A stretch of 64,000 bases of DNA from Amoebidium appalachense. Taxonomy: Eukaryota > Protista > Ichthyosporea. The notes under the pieces are model-generated. The model saw nothing but the letters and a program-made list of their open reading frames with translations, did no database searches and was not told the origin of the DNA. Below are positions 40,223-49,559 of the stretch, one piece after another. Where the stretch lies: contig CAVNZM010000011.1 of assembly GCA_963693365.1 (NCBI GenBank), positions 5,092,639 through 5,156,638 on the forward strand. The letters run 5' to 3'. Within the stretch, counting starts at the first letter, position 1. Every line of letters begins with the position of its first letter. Position numbers and translations under genes: made by a program.

Positions 40223-42756
40223 ACACACACACGCACACACACGCACGCACACACAGAGCAAGAAGCGGGAGAGGTGGACAGGGGGCAACAACAAGACACT
40301 GAGACTGGGGAGGTGGCGGGGTTCAACGAGGTACCCGTAGCACATCTCCGCCAAATGCATCTAGAAAAGCTCTCCTTGGAGAAGATAGTTTTGTCAATCG
40401 AAAAAGAACACGAGTTTCGGGCAGCTGGTGCCGTCAAGTTCGTGCCTCCCGAGCCGGTAGTGCAGGGGCTGAAAAAGGCTGCTCAGGCCACACGAGTGAG
40501 AAAATCCTACACCCGGATTTGGGTGGAGGCTACCACCATCAGGGATGTCTTCCTCGTTTATAGGGAGGACATCATAGGGCAAATTCCAGAGGTGCGTATT
40601 TGCAACCACTAGGATGTGGTTACCATGAACAGGGGCTAACACGATTGGGCAGGGGGATCCGGTGGGGGAGGAGGAGTTTTGGAGGTTGTTGGACTCCCTA
40701 TCGGATGGTGAAAAATCAATGTTCCTTTACGGAACAGATCTGAAGCCTCTTAAAAACACCCATACACCCAGTGAGGTACGTATGTGTGCGGCGAAGATTT
40801 GTATGTTGTGTGTGTTTTTGCGGAGAGTGATGTTGTGCATGTGTGCGTGCGTGTGTTTGTGCGGAGAGTGTATGTTGTGCATGTGTGCGTGCGTGTGTTT
40901 GTGCAGAGAGTGTATGTTGTGCATGCGTGCGTGCGTGTGTTTGTGCGGAGAGTGTATGTTGTGCATGTGTGCGTGCGTGTGTTTGTGCAGAGAGTGTATG
41001 TTGTGCATGCGTGCGTGCGTGTGTTTGTGCGGAGAGTGTATGTTGCGTAGGCATGTGTGCGTGTGTGTAGGGATGCGTGCGTGCGTGTGTTTGTGCGGAG
41101 AGTGTATGTTGTGTAGGGATGCGTGCGTGCGTGTGTTTGTGCGGAGAGTGTATGTTGTGTAGGGATGCGTGCGTGCGTGTGTTTGTGCGGAGAGTGGATG
41201 TTGTGTAGGGATGCGTGCGTGCGTGTGTTTGTGCGGAGAGTGTATGTTGTGTAGGGATGCGTGCGTGCGTGTGTTTGTGCGGAGAGTGTATGTTGTGTAG
41301 GGATGCGTGCGTGCGTGTGTTTGTGCGGAGAGTGGATGTTGTGTAGGGATGCGTGCGTGCGTGTGTTTGTGCGGAGAGTGTATGTTGTGTAGGGATGCGT
41401 GCGTGCGTGTGTTTGTGCGGAGAGTGTATGTTGTGTAGGGATGCGTGCGTGCGTGTGTTTGTGCGGAGAGTGTATGTTGTGTAGGGATGCGTGCGTGCGT
41501 GGGGTGTATGTTGTGTAGGCATGCGTGCGTGCGTGGGTGTGCAGCGGAGAGTGTATGTTGTGTTGATGCACTGTGGTGGGTATATGTAGGCATGCTGTGT
41601 GTTGTTGAATGGTGAACATGAAGGCACTAACAGGAGGGACAGGTGGTGAAGAAAGAAATCGACTACATGTTCAGCTTGGAGACGCTTGACTCAATAGTAT
41701 CAAGAGAATTCAAAGATCGTGTGGGCATCTCAACACCGATGCTCTATAAGTATGCCCCCCCCCCCCCCCCCCAAAAAAAAAAAAAAACAAATAATTAAAC
41801 AAAGGAAAAAGGCAGGCTTGCAGAACGCCCCTTATGTTCACAGAACCATCCTGGGTGTGTGTATGGGTCGGTCTTTTCGGAATGTATTGGGCCACATCTA
41901 GTCGGAAGTAATTACTGTTTTAGCCCCAACTAATCCCATGCCTCTTTGCAGTGTCACGACTGGGGGTCCGATTGTGCTCCACACAGAAGACCTTCTACTT
42001 GGGAGTGTCAACATCATGGTCCGTGGGCCAGGAGAGAAAATCTGGTTCGTGATCAGTGCAGAGTACGAGGAACAGGTTACGTCTATCCTCGAGGATATCC
42101 ACGAGAGACTTGAGCTTTCGGGGGCCGGTATCTGTAAGAAAGTCACACAGCATAAGGTAGGCCCCCCCCCCACCAAAAAAAAAAAAAAAAAAAAACAATA
42201 AAAAAAAAACAATAAAAAAAAAAAACGACCACACACACACAGTAACAGAGGACGAACAAGAAGAGGGAGAGAGGGAGTGGTAGATACAGACGTGAAGAAC
42301 AAGTGGTAGACACAGACGTGAAGAACAAGTGGTAGACACAGACGTGAAGAACAAGAACCAAAAAAGCACTTACAAAAACGACCACCCGGGTTTTCATATG
42401 ACTAACATTTGGGTGGGGCAGTCTGTGTTCATCCACCCCCGTTATTTGATGAAGAAGGGCATCCCCGTGCAGCGCACGGTTCAGCACGCCGGTGAGGTCA
42501 TCTGCACCTTGCCTGGAGCATACCACTTTGGGTATGCTGCTGGTAGCAGCTTGGCCGAGGCGGTAAATTTTGCCACGGTCAACTGGCTTGTGGTCGCTGG
42601 CAAGAAGCCCCCCCGGCATGCACGTGTGGCTACACTGACAGGGAACTCGTTTTCGAGGTACCCCCCCCCCCCAAAAAAAAAAAAAAAAAAAAAAAAAACA
42701 AAAAAAAAACAAACCAAAAAAAAACAAACCAAAAAAAACAACAAACAAAAAAACAC

Positions 42757-42812
<56 letters not shown>

Positions 42813-43154
42813 ATGCCCTAGCATTCACAATTACATGTAGGGGTTCGTAAAAACGGTTTTTTGAGTCCTTGCAGAGTTTTTCTTGACCTGGTCCACACGT
42901 AGGAGTTCGTTTCCTGTGGGTGTGTGCCATGGTGGTGTATTGGTGGGTGCGTGGGTGTGTTTGAGGTAATGGCATACAGTGATGTCTGAGCCTTGCATAA
43001 ACAAATCACCTGGCTGGACTACTACTTACACCCAACTATCAACCCACAGGTGTCCCATGCACAGTGGAAAAAGCTGAGAGAGAAGTACAAGGCTGACATC
43101 GAGCAGTTCGAGGAGGAGCTTGAGCAGTTCGAGGAGGAGCTTTTGAGTGGGTAG
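37855..43154 (+). CDS. KDM4-like JmjN/JmjC histone demethylase with N-terminal extension (spliced; linkage of exon 1 less certain)
   Basis: Exons 37855-38985(?), 40257-40591 (JmjN-like EFRAAGAVKFVPPEP), 40653-40775 (EEFWRLL..LYGTDL), about 41634-41749 (GISTPMLY), 41952-42156 (LHTEDLLLGSVNI..GEKIWF..CKKVTQHK), 42422-42657 (GIPVQRTVQHAGEVICTLPGAYHFG..AEAVNFAT), 43050-43154. Fe(II) triad H-x-E...H is intact. Confidence 0.88.
38495..38970. repeat. GA-rich minisatellite (encodes a Gly/Glu-rich linker in the frame that splices to JmjN)
   Basis: GAGGGAGAAGGGGGAGAGTGGAGAGGA units. Confidence 0.85.
39070..40192. repeat. Intronic array CCACGGGAAGGCACCTGCACGCATGCATG separated by (CA)n
   Basis: About 18-20 copies. 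Confidence 0.92.
40800..41560. repeat. Intronic 42-46 bp tandem repeat GTGCGTGTGTTTGTGCGGAGAGTGTATGTTGTG...
   Basis: About 16 copies. Confidence 0.92.
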
Positions 43155-43162
43155 ACCACACA

Positions 43163-43410
43163 TGGTTTGTGGTGGGTGCGGTGGGGGAAACGTAGTTGTG
43201 GTGGTGGCGGCGGGTAGGCCCCACATTCACATCTTACTTAGGGTTTGTGGTGGGTGCGGTGGGGGAAACGTAGTTGTGGTGGTGGCGGCGGGTAGGCCCC
43301 ACATTCACATCTTACTTAGGGTTTGTGGTGGGTGCGGTGGGGGAAACGTAGTTGTGGTGGTGGCGGCGGGTAGGCCCCACATTCACATCTTACTTAGGGT
43401 TTGTGATGGG
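43163..43410. repeat. 78-bp tandem repeat x3 just downstream of the JmjC stop
   Basis: GGTTTGTGGTGGGTGCGGTGGGGGAAACGTAG...CATCTTACTTAG. Confidence 0.9.
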
Positions 43411-43649
43411 TGTGGTGGAGGAAAGACGTGGTACAAAGTTTTCATACCAAGTTTTCTGTAATGTTTATTCGAATGTGATCTGCTTCAATCTTATCCAAAT
43501 TTTCATGTATATTGTATTTGCCCGGTAACAGTACCAAGTTTCCGTAATGACTATTGAATGTATTTGCCCGTGGTAGCGGGAGAGACTCCATTTAATATAC
43601 CCCAAGTCTCCTTTTCAATCTGTGTACGAGCACACTGGCACGTACATTG

Positions 43650-43729
<80 letters not shown>

Positions 43730-43956
43730 CACACACACACACACACACAATGATACACATGCTACCAAGTTTTCATTGAACGGTGTAGGGGAGGGGGGAG
43801 GGGGGGGGGGGGAGATAGACTCCAGCTCATCAAAATTAAACATCCCAACAGATTCTCTCGTCATTTACATTTTCCATGTTTGTGGAGATTCTCTCGTCAT
43901 TTACATTTTCCATGTTTGTGGTGAGAGTCCATTCATCCTTTGGCTTGTGTAGGTCT

Positions 43957-44217
43957 CTATGCATCCTCAGGCTCCATCATCTTCTGCAGTACAATTGCTG
44001 TCTGTCGTTGATTCTTGGGCACCCACTTCTTGAATCCACACTTCTCCGCCAACTCATCGGGCAGATCTATATAGCCCTTTTCCGCAAGCTCTTGTGCATA
44101 TACTCGTTGCTCCATCTGCGTCCGCCGGGTGGTGGCCTCGGTCGGCACAATAGTTGCCTGCACCACGGGTGCCTTGCCGGGCTCCTCCTTCAGCTTGTAC
44201 TCCCATCGGTACACCAT
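43957..44217 (-). CDS. Hypothetical 86-aa protein
   Basis: Compact ATG ORF with GC3-rich codons, co-oriented with its neighbours. Confidence 0.55.
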   Translation of the reverse strand: MVYRWEYKLKEEPGKAPVVQATIVPTEATTRRTQMEQRVYAQELAEKGYIDLPDELAEKCGFKKWVPKNQRQTAIVLQKMMEPEDA

Positions 44218-44253
44218 ACTCTATGCCACAAAAATCTCTGCTCACCCAACCCT

Positions 44254-44646
44254 TCAAGTGCGCTCCTTGATCACCACCGCAGGCGCATGCGCACACGTGG
44301 GGCACGCCGGGCACTTCTGCTCGGGCGGGCAGCGCGTGCATGCGGGGCACTGTGCGCACCGGGCGGGGCTGGCACCGCACACGTGGCAGCGGGGGCAGTG
44401 CGCACACTTGCGGCGGGGAACGCAGCTGCCGCAGCTGGCACACATTGGGCACGCGCGCTGGCACTTGAGCACCGCCAGGCGCCGCCGCACACGTGGGCTG
44501 AACGTGTCCCAGAGCACGTAGAGGATCAGGCCGGCCAGGATGGCCAGTAGGATGGGGGAGGGCCCGGGGGTGCTGCGCGGGCTTGTGCGGATCGGGGGAG
44601 GGGGTGCGAATGGGCTGGGTGGGGGAAGGGGTGCGCCAGCGTCCAT
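44254..44646 (-). CDS. Single-pass membrane protein with CxxC/CPxC repeats
   Basis: TM ILLAILAGLILYVLW followed by CPMCASC..CAHCPRCHVC..CAQCPACTRCPP..CPACPTC. Confidence 0.65.
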   Translation of the reverse strand: MDAGAPLPPPSPFAPPPPIRTSPRSTPGPSPILLAILAGLILYVLWDTFSPRVRRRLAVLKCQRACPMCASCGSCVPRRKCAHCPRCHVCGASPARCAQCPACTRCPPEQKCPACPTCAHAPAVVIKERT

Positions 44647-44701
44647 GTTACCCGGTGCACGATATAATGTGGGGTTGGGGTTGTGCGGGTAGATGGGAGG
44701 A

Positions 44702-44735
<34 letters not shown>

Positions 44736-44757
44736 GGGGGCGCTCATGAGCAAGGGT

Positions 44758-45162
44758 ATGGTGATAGCGATCATGTCATTGACCCTACTCGCCAACAACA
44801 CAGGTGCAAGCGCACGGTGATAGCGCTCATGACCCTACTCTCCAACAACACAGGTGCAAGCGCACGGTGATAGCGCTCATGACCCTACTCTCAAACAACA
44901 CAGGTGCAAGCGCACGGTGATACGCAGCCACCGTGTGCATGTGTGTGTGTGTGTGTGTGTGAGGGGGGGGGGGGGGGGGTTCAATGCGTGCGCTTGCACA
45001 TGTGTTGTTTGAGAGTAGGGTCATGAGCGCTATCACCGGGCGCTTCCACATGTGTTGTTTGAGAGCAGGGTTGTGAGCGCTATCACCGGGCGCTTCCACA
45101 TGTGTTGTTTGAGAGAAGGGGCATGAGCGCTATTACCGGGCGCTTTGTGTTTGTGCGTGTGT

Positions 45163-45204
<42 letters not shown>

Positions 45205-45333
45205 ATGCGTGTGCTTGCACCTGTTATGTTTGAGTGTAGGCGCAAGAGCGCTATCACCGGGCGCTTCCACATGTGTTGTGTGAGAGAAGAGGCATGAGCG
45301 CTATCACCGGGCGCTTTGTGTTTGTGCGTGTGT

Positions 45334-45397
<64 letters not shown>

Positions 45398-45565
45398 GGG
45401 TGGGGGGGGGTGGGGTGGGGGCAATGCGTGTGGTTGCACCTGTTATGTTTGAGTGTAGGCTCATGAGCGCTATCACCGGGCGCTTCCACATGTGTTGTGT
45501 GAGAGAAGGGGCATGAGCGCTATCACCGGGCGCTTTGTGTTTGTACGTGTGTGGGGGGGGGGGGT

Positions 45566-45600
<35 letters not shown>

Positions 45601-45745
45601 ATGCGTGTGGTTGCACCTGTTATGTTTGAGTGTAGGCTCATGAGCGCTATCACCGGGCGCTTCCACATGTGTTGTGTGAGAGAAGGGGCATGAGCGCTAT
45701 CACCGGGCGCTTTGTGTTTGTGCGTGTGTAGGGGGGTGGGTGGGT

Positions 45746-45789
<44 letters not shown>

Positions 45790-45848
45790 AATGCTTGCGC
45801 ATGTTGGAGAGATGGGTCATCAGCGCTATCACCGGGCGCTTTGTGTGT

Positions 45849-45879
<31 letters not shown>

Positions 45880-45973
45880 GGGGGGCAATGCTTGCGCTTG
45901 CACCTGTGTTGTTTGAGAGAAGGGTCATGAGCGCATGTTGGAGAGATGGGTCATCAGCGCTATCACCGGGCGC

Positions 45974-46023
<50 letters not shown>

Positions 46024-46136
46024 GGAATGCGTGCGCTTGCACCTGTGTTGTTTGAGAGTAGGGTCGTGAGCGCAATCACCGTGCGCTTGCACATGTGTTG
46101 TTGGAGAGATGGGTCATCAGCGCTATCACCGGGCGC

Positions 46137-46178
<42 letters not shown>

Positions 46179-46250
46179 GGGGGGGGGATATGCGTGCGCT
46201 TGCACCTGTGTTGTTTGAGAGTAGGGTCATGAGCGCTATTACCGTGCCCT
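44758..46250. repeat. Compound array of a CATGAGCGCTATCACCG(G/T)GCGCTT motif in both orientations
   Basis: Three 49-bp copies (about 44770-44921) face a long series of reverse-complement copies (about 44985-46248). Confidence 0.88.
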
Positions 46251-46350
46251 CTGCGCTAGCTTTATTGAATGTTCACTACTTTGCGCTAGCTTTGACCGTT
46301 TATTGGCAAACTCTGCGCTGCTTTGACCTTTTTGCCCGTGGCTTCTTTAT

Positions 46351-46707
46351 TTATTTTTCGTCTTTTACGTCTTTGCCCGCGTCGTCCCCCCAAATCAGCT
46401 GCAACGTGTCCTCTTCGGTTGTAAGCGTGATGTTCAGCGACGTGATGGTTTGCACGGCAATCCTGTACACGTCTGCCGGCGCATAGTCGAACAGGTGGAT
46501 CCTCGGTTGGCGGTCGGGGTAGTAGTGGCTGTATGCGAGCACGTTTCCGATCGCCGTCGTCCACTGCGATACACGCTGGACCTCGATGACCTGTGTGCTG
46601 GTCAGCACGTCGATCCGGCCGGCCCGAGTGGGCACCTCGCACACCCCGTCCTCGACCTTGGCCAGTCGCTCGCGCACGAACGCCTCGTCGTAGCCTACCG
46701 CAGACAT
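46351..46707 (-). CDS. Small PD-(D/E)xK-fold nuclease-like protein
   Basis: EVPTRAGRIDVLTSTQVIEVQ..WTTAIGNVLAYSHYYPDRQPRIHLF pattern; the expected catalytic Lys appears as Gln. Confidence 0.7.
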   Translation of the reverse strand: MSAVGYDEAFVRERLAKVEDGVCEVPTRAGRIDVLTSTQVIEVQRVSQWTTAIGNVLAYSHYYPDRQPRIHLFDYAPADVYRIAVQTITSLNITLTTEEDTLQLIWGDDAGKDVKDEK

Positions 46708-46749
46708 CCTATAACAGTGCACAAGATAAAAATGCGAGCCTCTCGTCCG

Positions 46750-46786
<37 letters not shown>

Positions 46787-46848
46787 CGGGGTCATTTTAT
46801 TGATCATCGACCAGACAACTTGCATCAAAGTCTAAGACCTTGCCCGCA

Positions 46849-47331
46849 TCATTGCAGAGACCGCACACGTGTCGATGGACAGCATATAATACATCGACAC
46901 GAATATCGTTTGTTCCTGCGGCGCACCACCCGCCCCGGGCGCACCCCCAAGCTGGCATACACGGCTGCCTTCGAGTAGCGGGGCATGTGTGGCCCGCGCA
47001 AGAAGTTGGTGCCTGTGTACTTTCTGCTGCGGGATCCGTCATGCCACTCCACAGAGTAACCCTGTAATGTACAGCGCATGGCAGCTGCGGATATGATTCT
47101 GGGCCTGTACGCACCCATGGTGACGTCCCACATTTTTACAATGTACTTTCTGGTCCCTTCCACACGCCCAATCCATGTGCGCAGATACCCAATTAGCTCG
47201 GTGTCGCGCCAGTCGGCAGGCACCATTTGTGGATGCAGTGTCTGGTCACCAGGGGGTGTGTGTGGAGCCTGTGTAAGCTCAGGGTCTGTGCACCCGGCAG
47301 CTACACAGCCTCCTATGTGAGCAGTCTCCAT
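46849..47331 (-). CDS. Stand-alone paralog of the helicase pre-ATPase domain
   Basis: VPADWRDTELIGYLR..TRKYIVKMWD..RKYTGTNFLRG aligns by eye to IPDSWDRLDVIKFLR..TNSYIMRKYN..RKYTGVDFMTG of the helicase. Confidence 0.7.
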   Translation of the reverse strand: METAHIGGCVAAGCTDPELTQAPHTPPGDQTLHPQMVPADWRDTELIGYLRTWIGRVEGTRKYIVKMWDVTMGAYRPRIISAAAMRCTLQGYSVEWHDGSRSRKYTGTNFLRGPHMPRYSKAAVYASLGVRPGRVVRRRNKRYSCRCIICCPSTRVRSLQ

Positions 47332-47392
47332 CTCTCCTATAAGAGCGAAAAAAGAAAGGAGCGGGAAAAATATAATCTAGTACAATTGCAAG

Positions 47393-48592
47393 ATGCTGAA
47401 GGTCAAAATAGCTCGCAACCTCAAAGACAGAATTCTGTATAGTGCAAGGGAGGCTACCAAAGAAAACAAGTATGTATGTGGCGACTGTGGAGTGCCGGTG
47501 GTTTTACGGAGGGGTACCGTGCGGGTGCCACACTTTGCACACACAAGCAATTTGAACCGCCCTTGTGCATTTACCGGTGGAGAAGGAGCGAGCCACAAGC
47601 TTGGCAAAGAAATTGTTCAACGCGCAATAGCCGATGGGCGCCTGGAAATTGTATGCAAGAATCATCCCGAGTCCACGTCGAGGATTGTTGGAGAGTCGGC
47701 TTTGGAACACGGAGTGTGCTATGACGACCATCAATTCTTCCTTGATGTTGGGGTTTTGCAGGGGTCGAATCTCACTGCTGCAATTGAGGTGTATCATACC
47801 CACGGGACAGGCCTGGAGAAGCATGTGCTGTTACACGAACTATGCGGCAGAGTACACGAAGTGAGAACTAAGGAAATACTGGAGCGCTATGAGAGTGATG
47901 GAATGCTAACCCTGACAGACGTAGGCCCGCGTTTCTGGTGCTCCCAGTGCGCGCCCAGGTGCATGAATTGCAAGCAAACTTGGATCCGTGAAGGGTTGTG
48001 TACAACATGTAGGGCCTTGCCAGCGTGCTTGTGTGGGAAAGTGTTGAATCCCACCCAGCCCCGTGAGTTCTGCGAGCTCTCATCCTGCCCCAAAATTCCA
48101 AGGTGCCCGAACTGCAAAAGTCGGAACAACCTCGTTGGTTCAGGGTATTGCGGCCCATGCGACTTGTTGCCGGCTTGCTCAGGGGGCTGGGAAGGTTGCA
48201 GTCGACGGGTAGAAGAGGTGGTTGCAAGAAACTGTAACGTTTGTTCCAAGGGACTGACACCATGCTCCAATTGTTCACATCATTATTGGAGCCGACAACT
48301 GTTCTGTGATGACTGCAGGCTGCATTACAAGACATGCCGTCGGTGTCACCATCGCTCCATCAGTTTGGACACCAGAAAGTGGATGGTGAAATGCGGGCGC
48401 AAGGTGCACTGCAACTCGTGTTGGAGTAAAATAGCTAGACCATGTGAGGGCCCAAACTGTCCTCACCGCCGCGGGAACAAGCCCGCTTGGTTTCAAAAGC
48501 GTTCATTGACCCGATTGTACTCCAGCGAGGAACGCTGTTACAACCGGTACTGCAAGGACTGCAAACATTGGGCACGGGAAAACCTAAAATAG
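47393..48592 (+). CDS. CoiA-like endonuclease (Zn ribbon plus PD-(D/E)xK) with Cys-rich C-terminus
   Basis: YVCGDCGVPVVLRRGTVRVPHFAH..GEGASHKLGK..E..FLDVG..AIEVYHTH; many CxxC pairs follow. Confidence 0.8.
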   Translation: MLKVKIARNLKDRILYSAREATKENKYVCGDCGVPVVLRRGTVRVPHFAHTSNLNRPCAFTGGEGASHKLGKEIVQRAIADGRLEIVCKNHPESTSRIVGESALEHGVCYDDHQFFLDVGVLQGSNLTAAIEVYHTHGTGLEKHVLLHELCGRVHEVRTKEILERYESDGMLTLTDVGPRFWCSQCAPRCMNCKQTWIREGLCTTCRALPACLCGKVLNPTQPREFCELSSCPKIPRCPNCKSRNNLVGSGYCGPCDLLPACSGGWEGCSRRVEEVVARNCNVCSKGLTPCSNCSHHYWSRQLFCDDCRLHYKTCRRCHHRSISLDTRKWMVKCGRKVHCNSCWSKIARPCEGPNCPHRRGNKPAWFQKRSLTRLYSSEERCYNRYCKDCKHWARENLK

Positions 48593-48598
48593 GGGCTT

Positions 48599-49099
48599 TT
48601 ATTGCTCCTCAGTGGGAAGGTCACTTTGGGTGCTTGTCGGCTGGACCACAGGCTTGTGGCGAGTGCGGATGTGATAGTGGAGTGCGGAAAGGTGCCGATA
48701 AGTTTTACTACAAGCACCACATACAAATGGACGCTCGCCTGTGTGCTTTCGTTCATGGCAGATGACGGATATCTTGTATTTGTAGGTCTTATCGCACCCG
48801 GGCCACGTGCACCTGTAAGGTGTTTTCTCTGTGTGCACGTTTTTTTGATGTCTGCGGAATGGGCTTGGATGTGTGAATTGCTTGCCACATGTTCCACATC
48901 GAAATGGCATTTCCTGGTTATGCTTATACTGGTGAATTTGTAGGGATGCGGCCGTAGTGTAGGATGCAGTACAATTAACCTGGTCACACCTGTACGGCCT
49001 CCCCAAGTGTAGGTGCATGTGGGTCTTTAGGTGGGGCTTCTGCTTGAAGGACCAGTGGCAGCCAGGCCAAGTGCACTTGAATAGACGTGTGTTGTCCAT
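48599..49099 (-). CDS. Intronless five-finger C2H2 zinc-finger protein
   Basis: FKCTWPGC..HMHLH, RPYRCDQVNC, PFRCGTCGKQF, PYRCTWPGCDKTY, HTGERPFVCGAC. Confidence 0.92.
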   Translation of the reverse strand: MDNTRLFKCTWPGCHWSFKQKPHLKTHMHLHLGRPYRCDQVNCTASYTTAASLQIHQYKHNQEMPFRCGTCGKQFTHPSPFRRHQKNVHTEKTPYRCTWPGCDKTYKYKISVICHERKHTGERPFVCGACSKTYRHLSALHYHIRTRHKPVVQPTSTQSDLPTEEQ

Positions 49100-49559
49100 C
49101 GTATGAAACTACAGATAATAAAATTAGCGCGGGTATATACACCCACTTTTATTTGAAAACACCCATCGACGAAGCGTTTCAATACCACCTCAATTGTTTT
49201 GAACTGTTTGTATAAGAAAAAGAACTGATGTAGAATCAAATCCGGAAAACGGGGTTTCCCACGACTTTGAACATATTTTCCGGGAAATTTGAATTCAAAA
49301 ACCCAAAATAAATCACTAAAACACTTGATACACTTGGTTGGGGGGTGGGGATGGGAGGGATGATAATATCACAGACACGCTGTGTGTTGTGTGTCTCGGA
49401 CCCCTCAGAAATCACTTCGAAGTGTTCCCCCTGAACCAACCAATCAAAACACACCAACAACCACGACAACCAATCAAATCGCCAAGTCTAGTGTTTCGAA
49501 AGTGTTTTCAAGTGTTGTGTCCATTTCACAAGTGTTTGCCATATCTCATACCATGTGTC

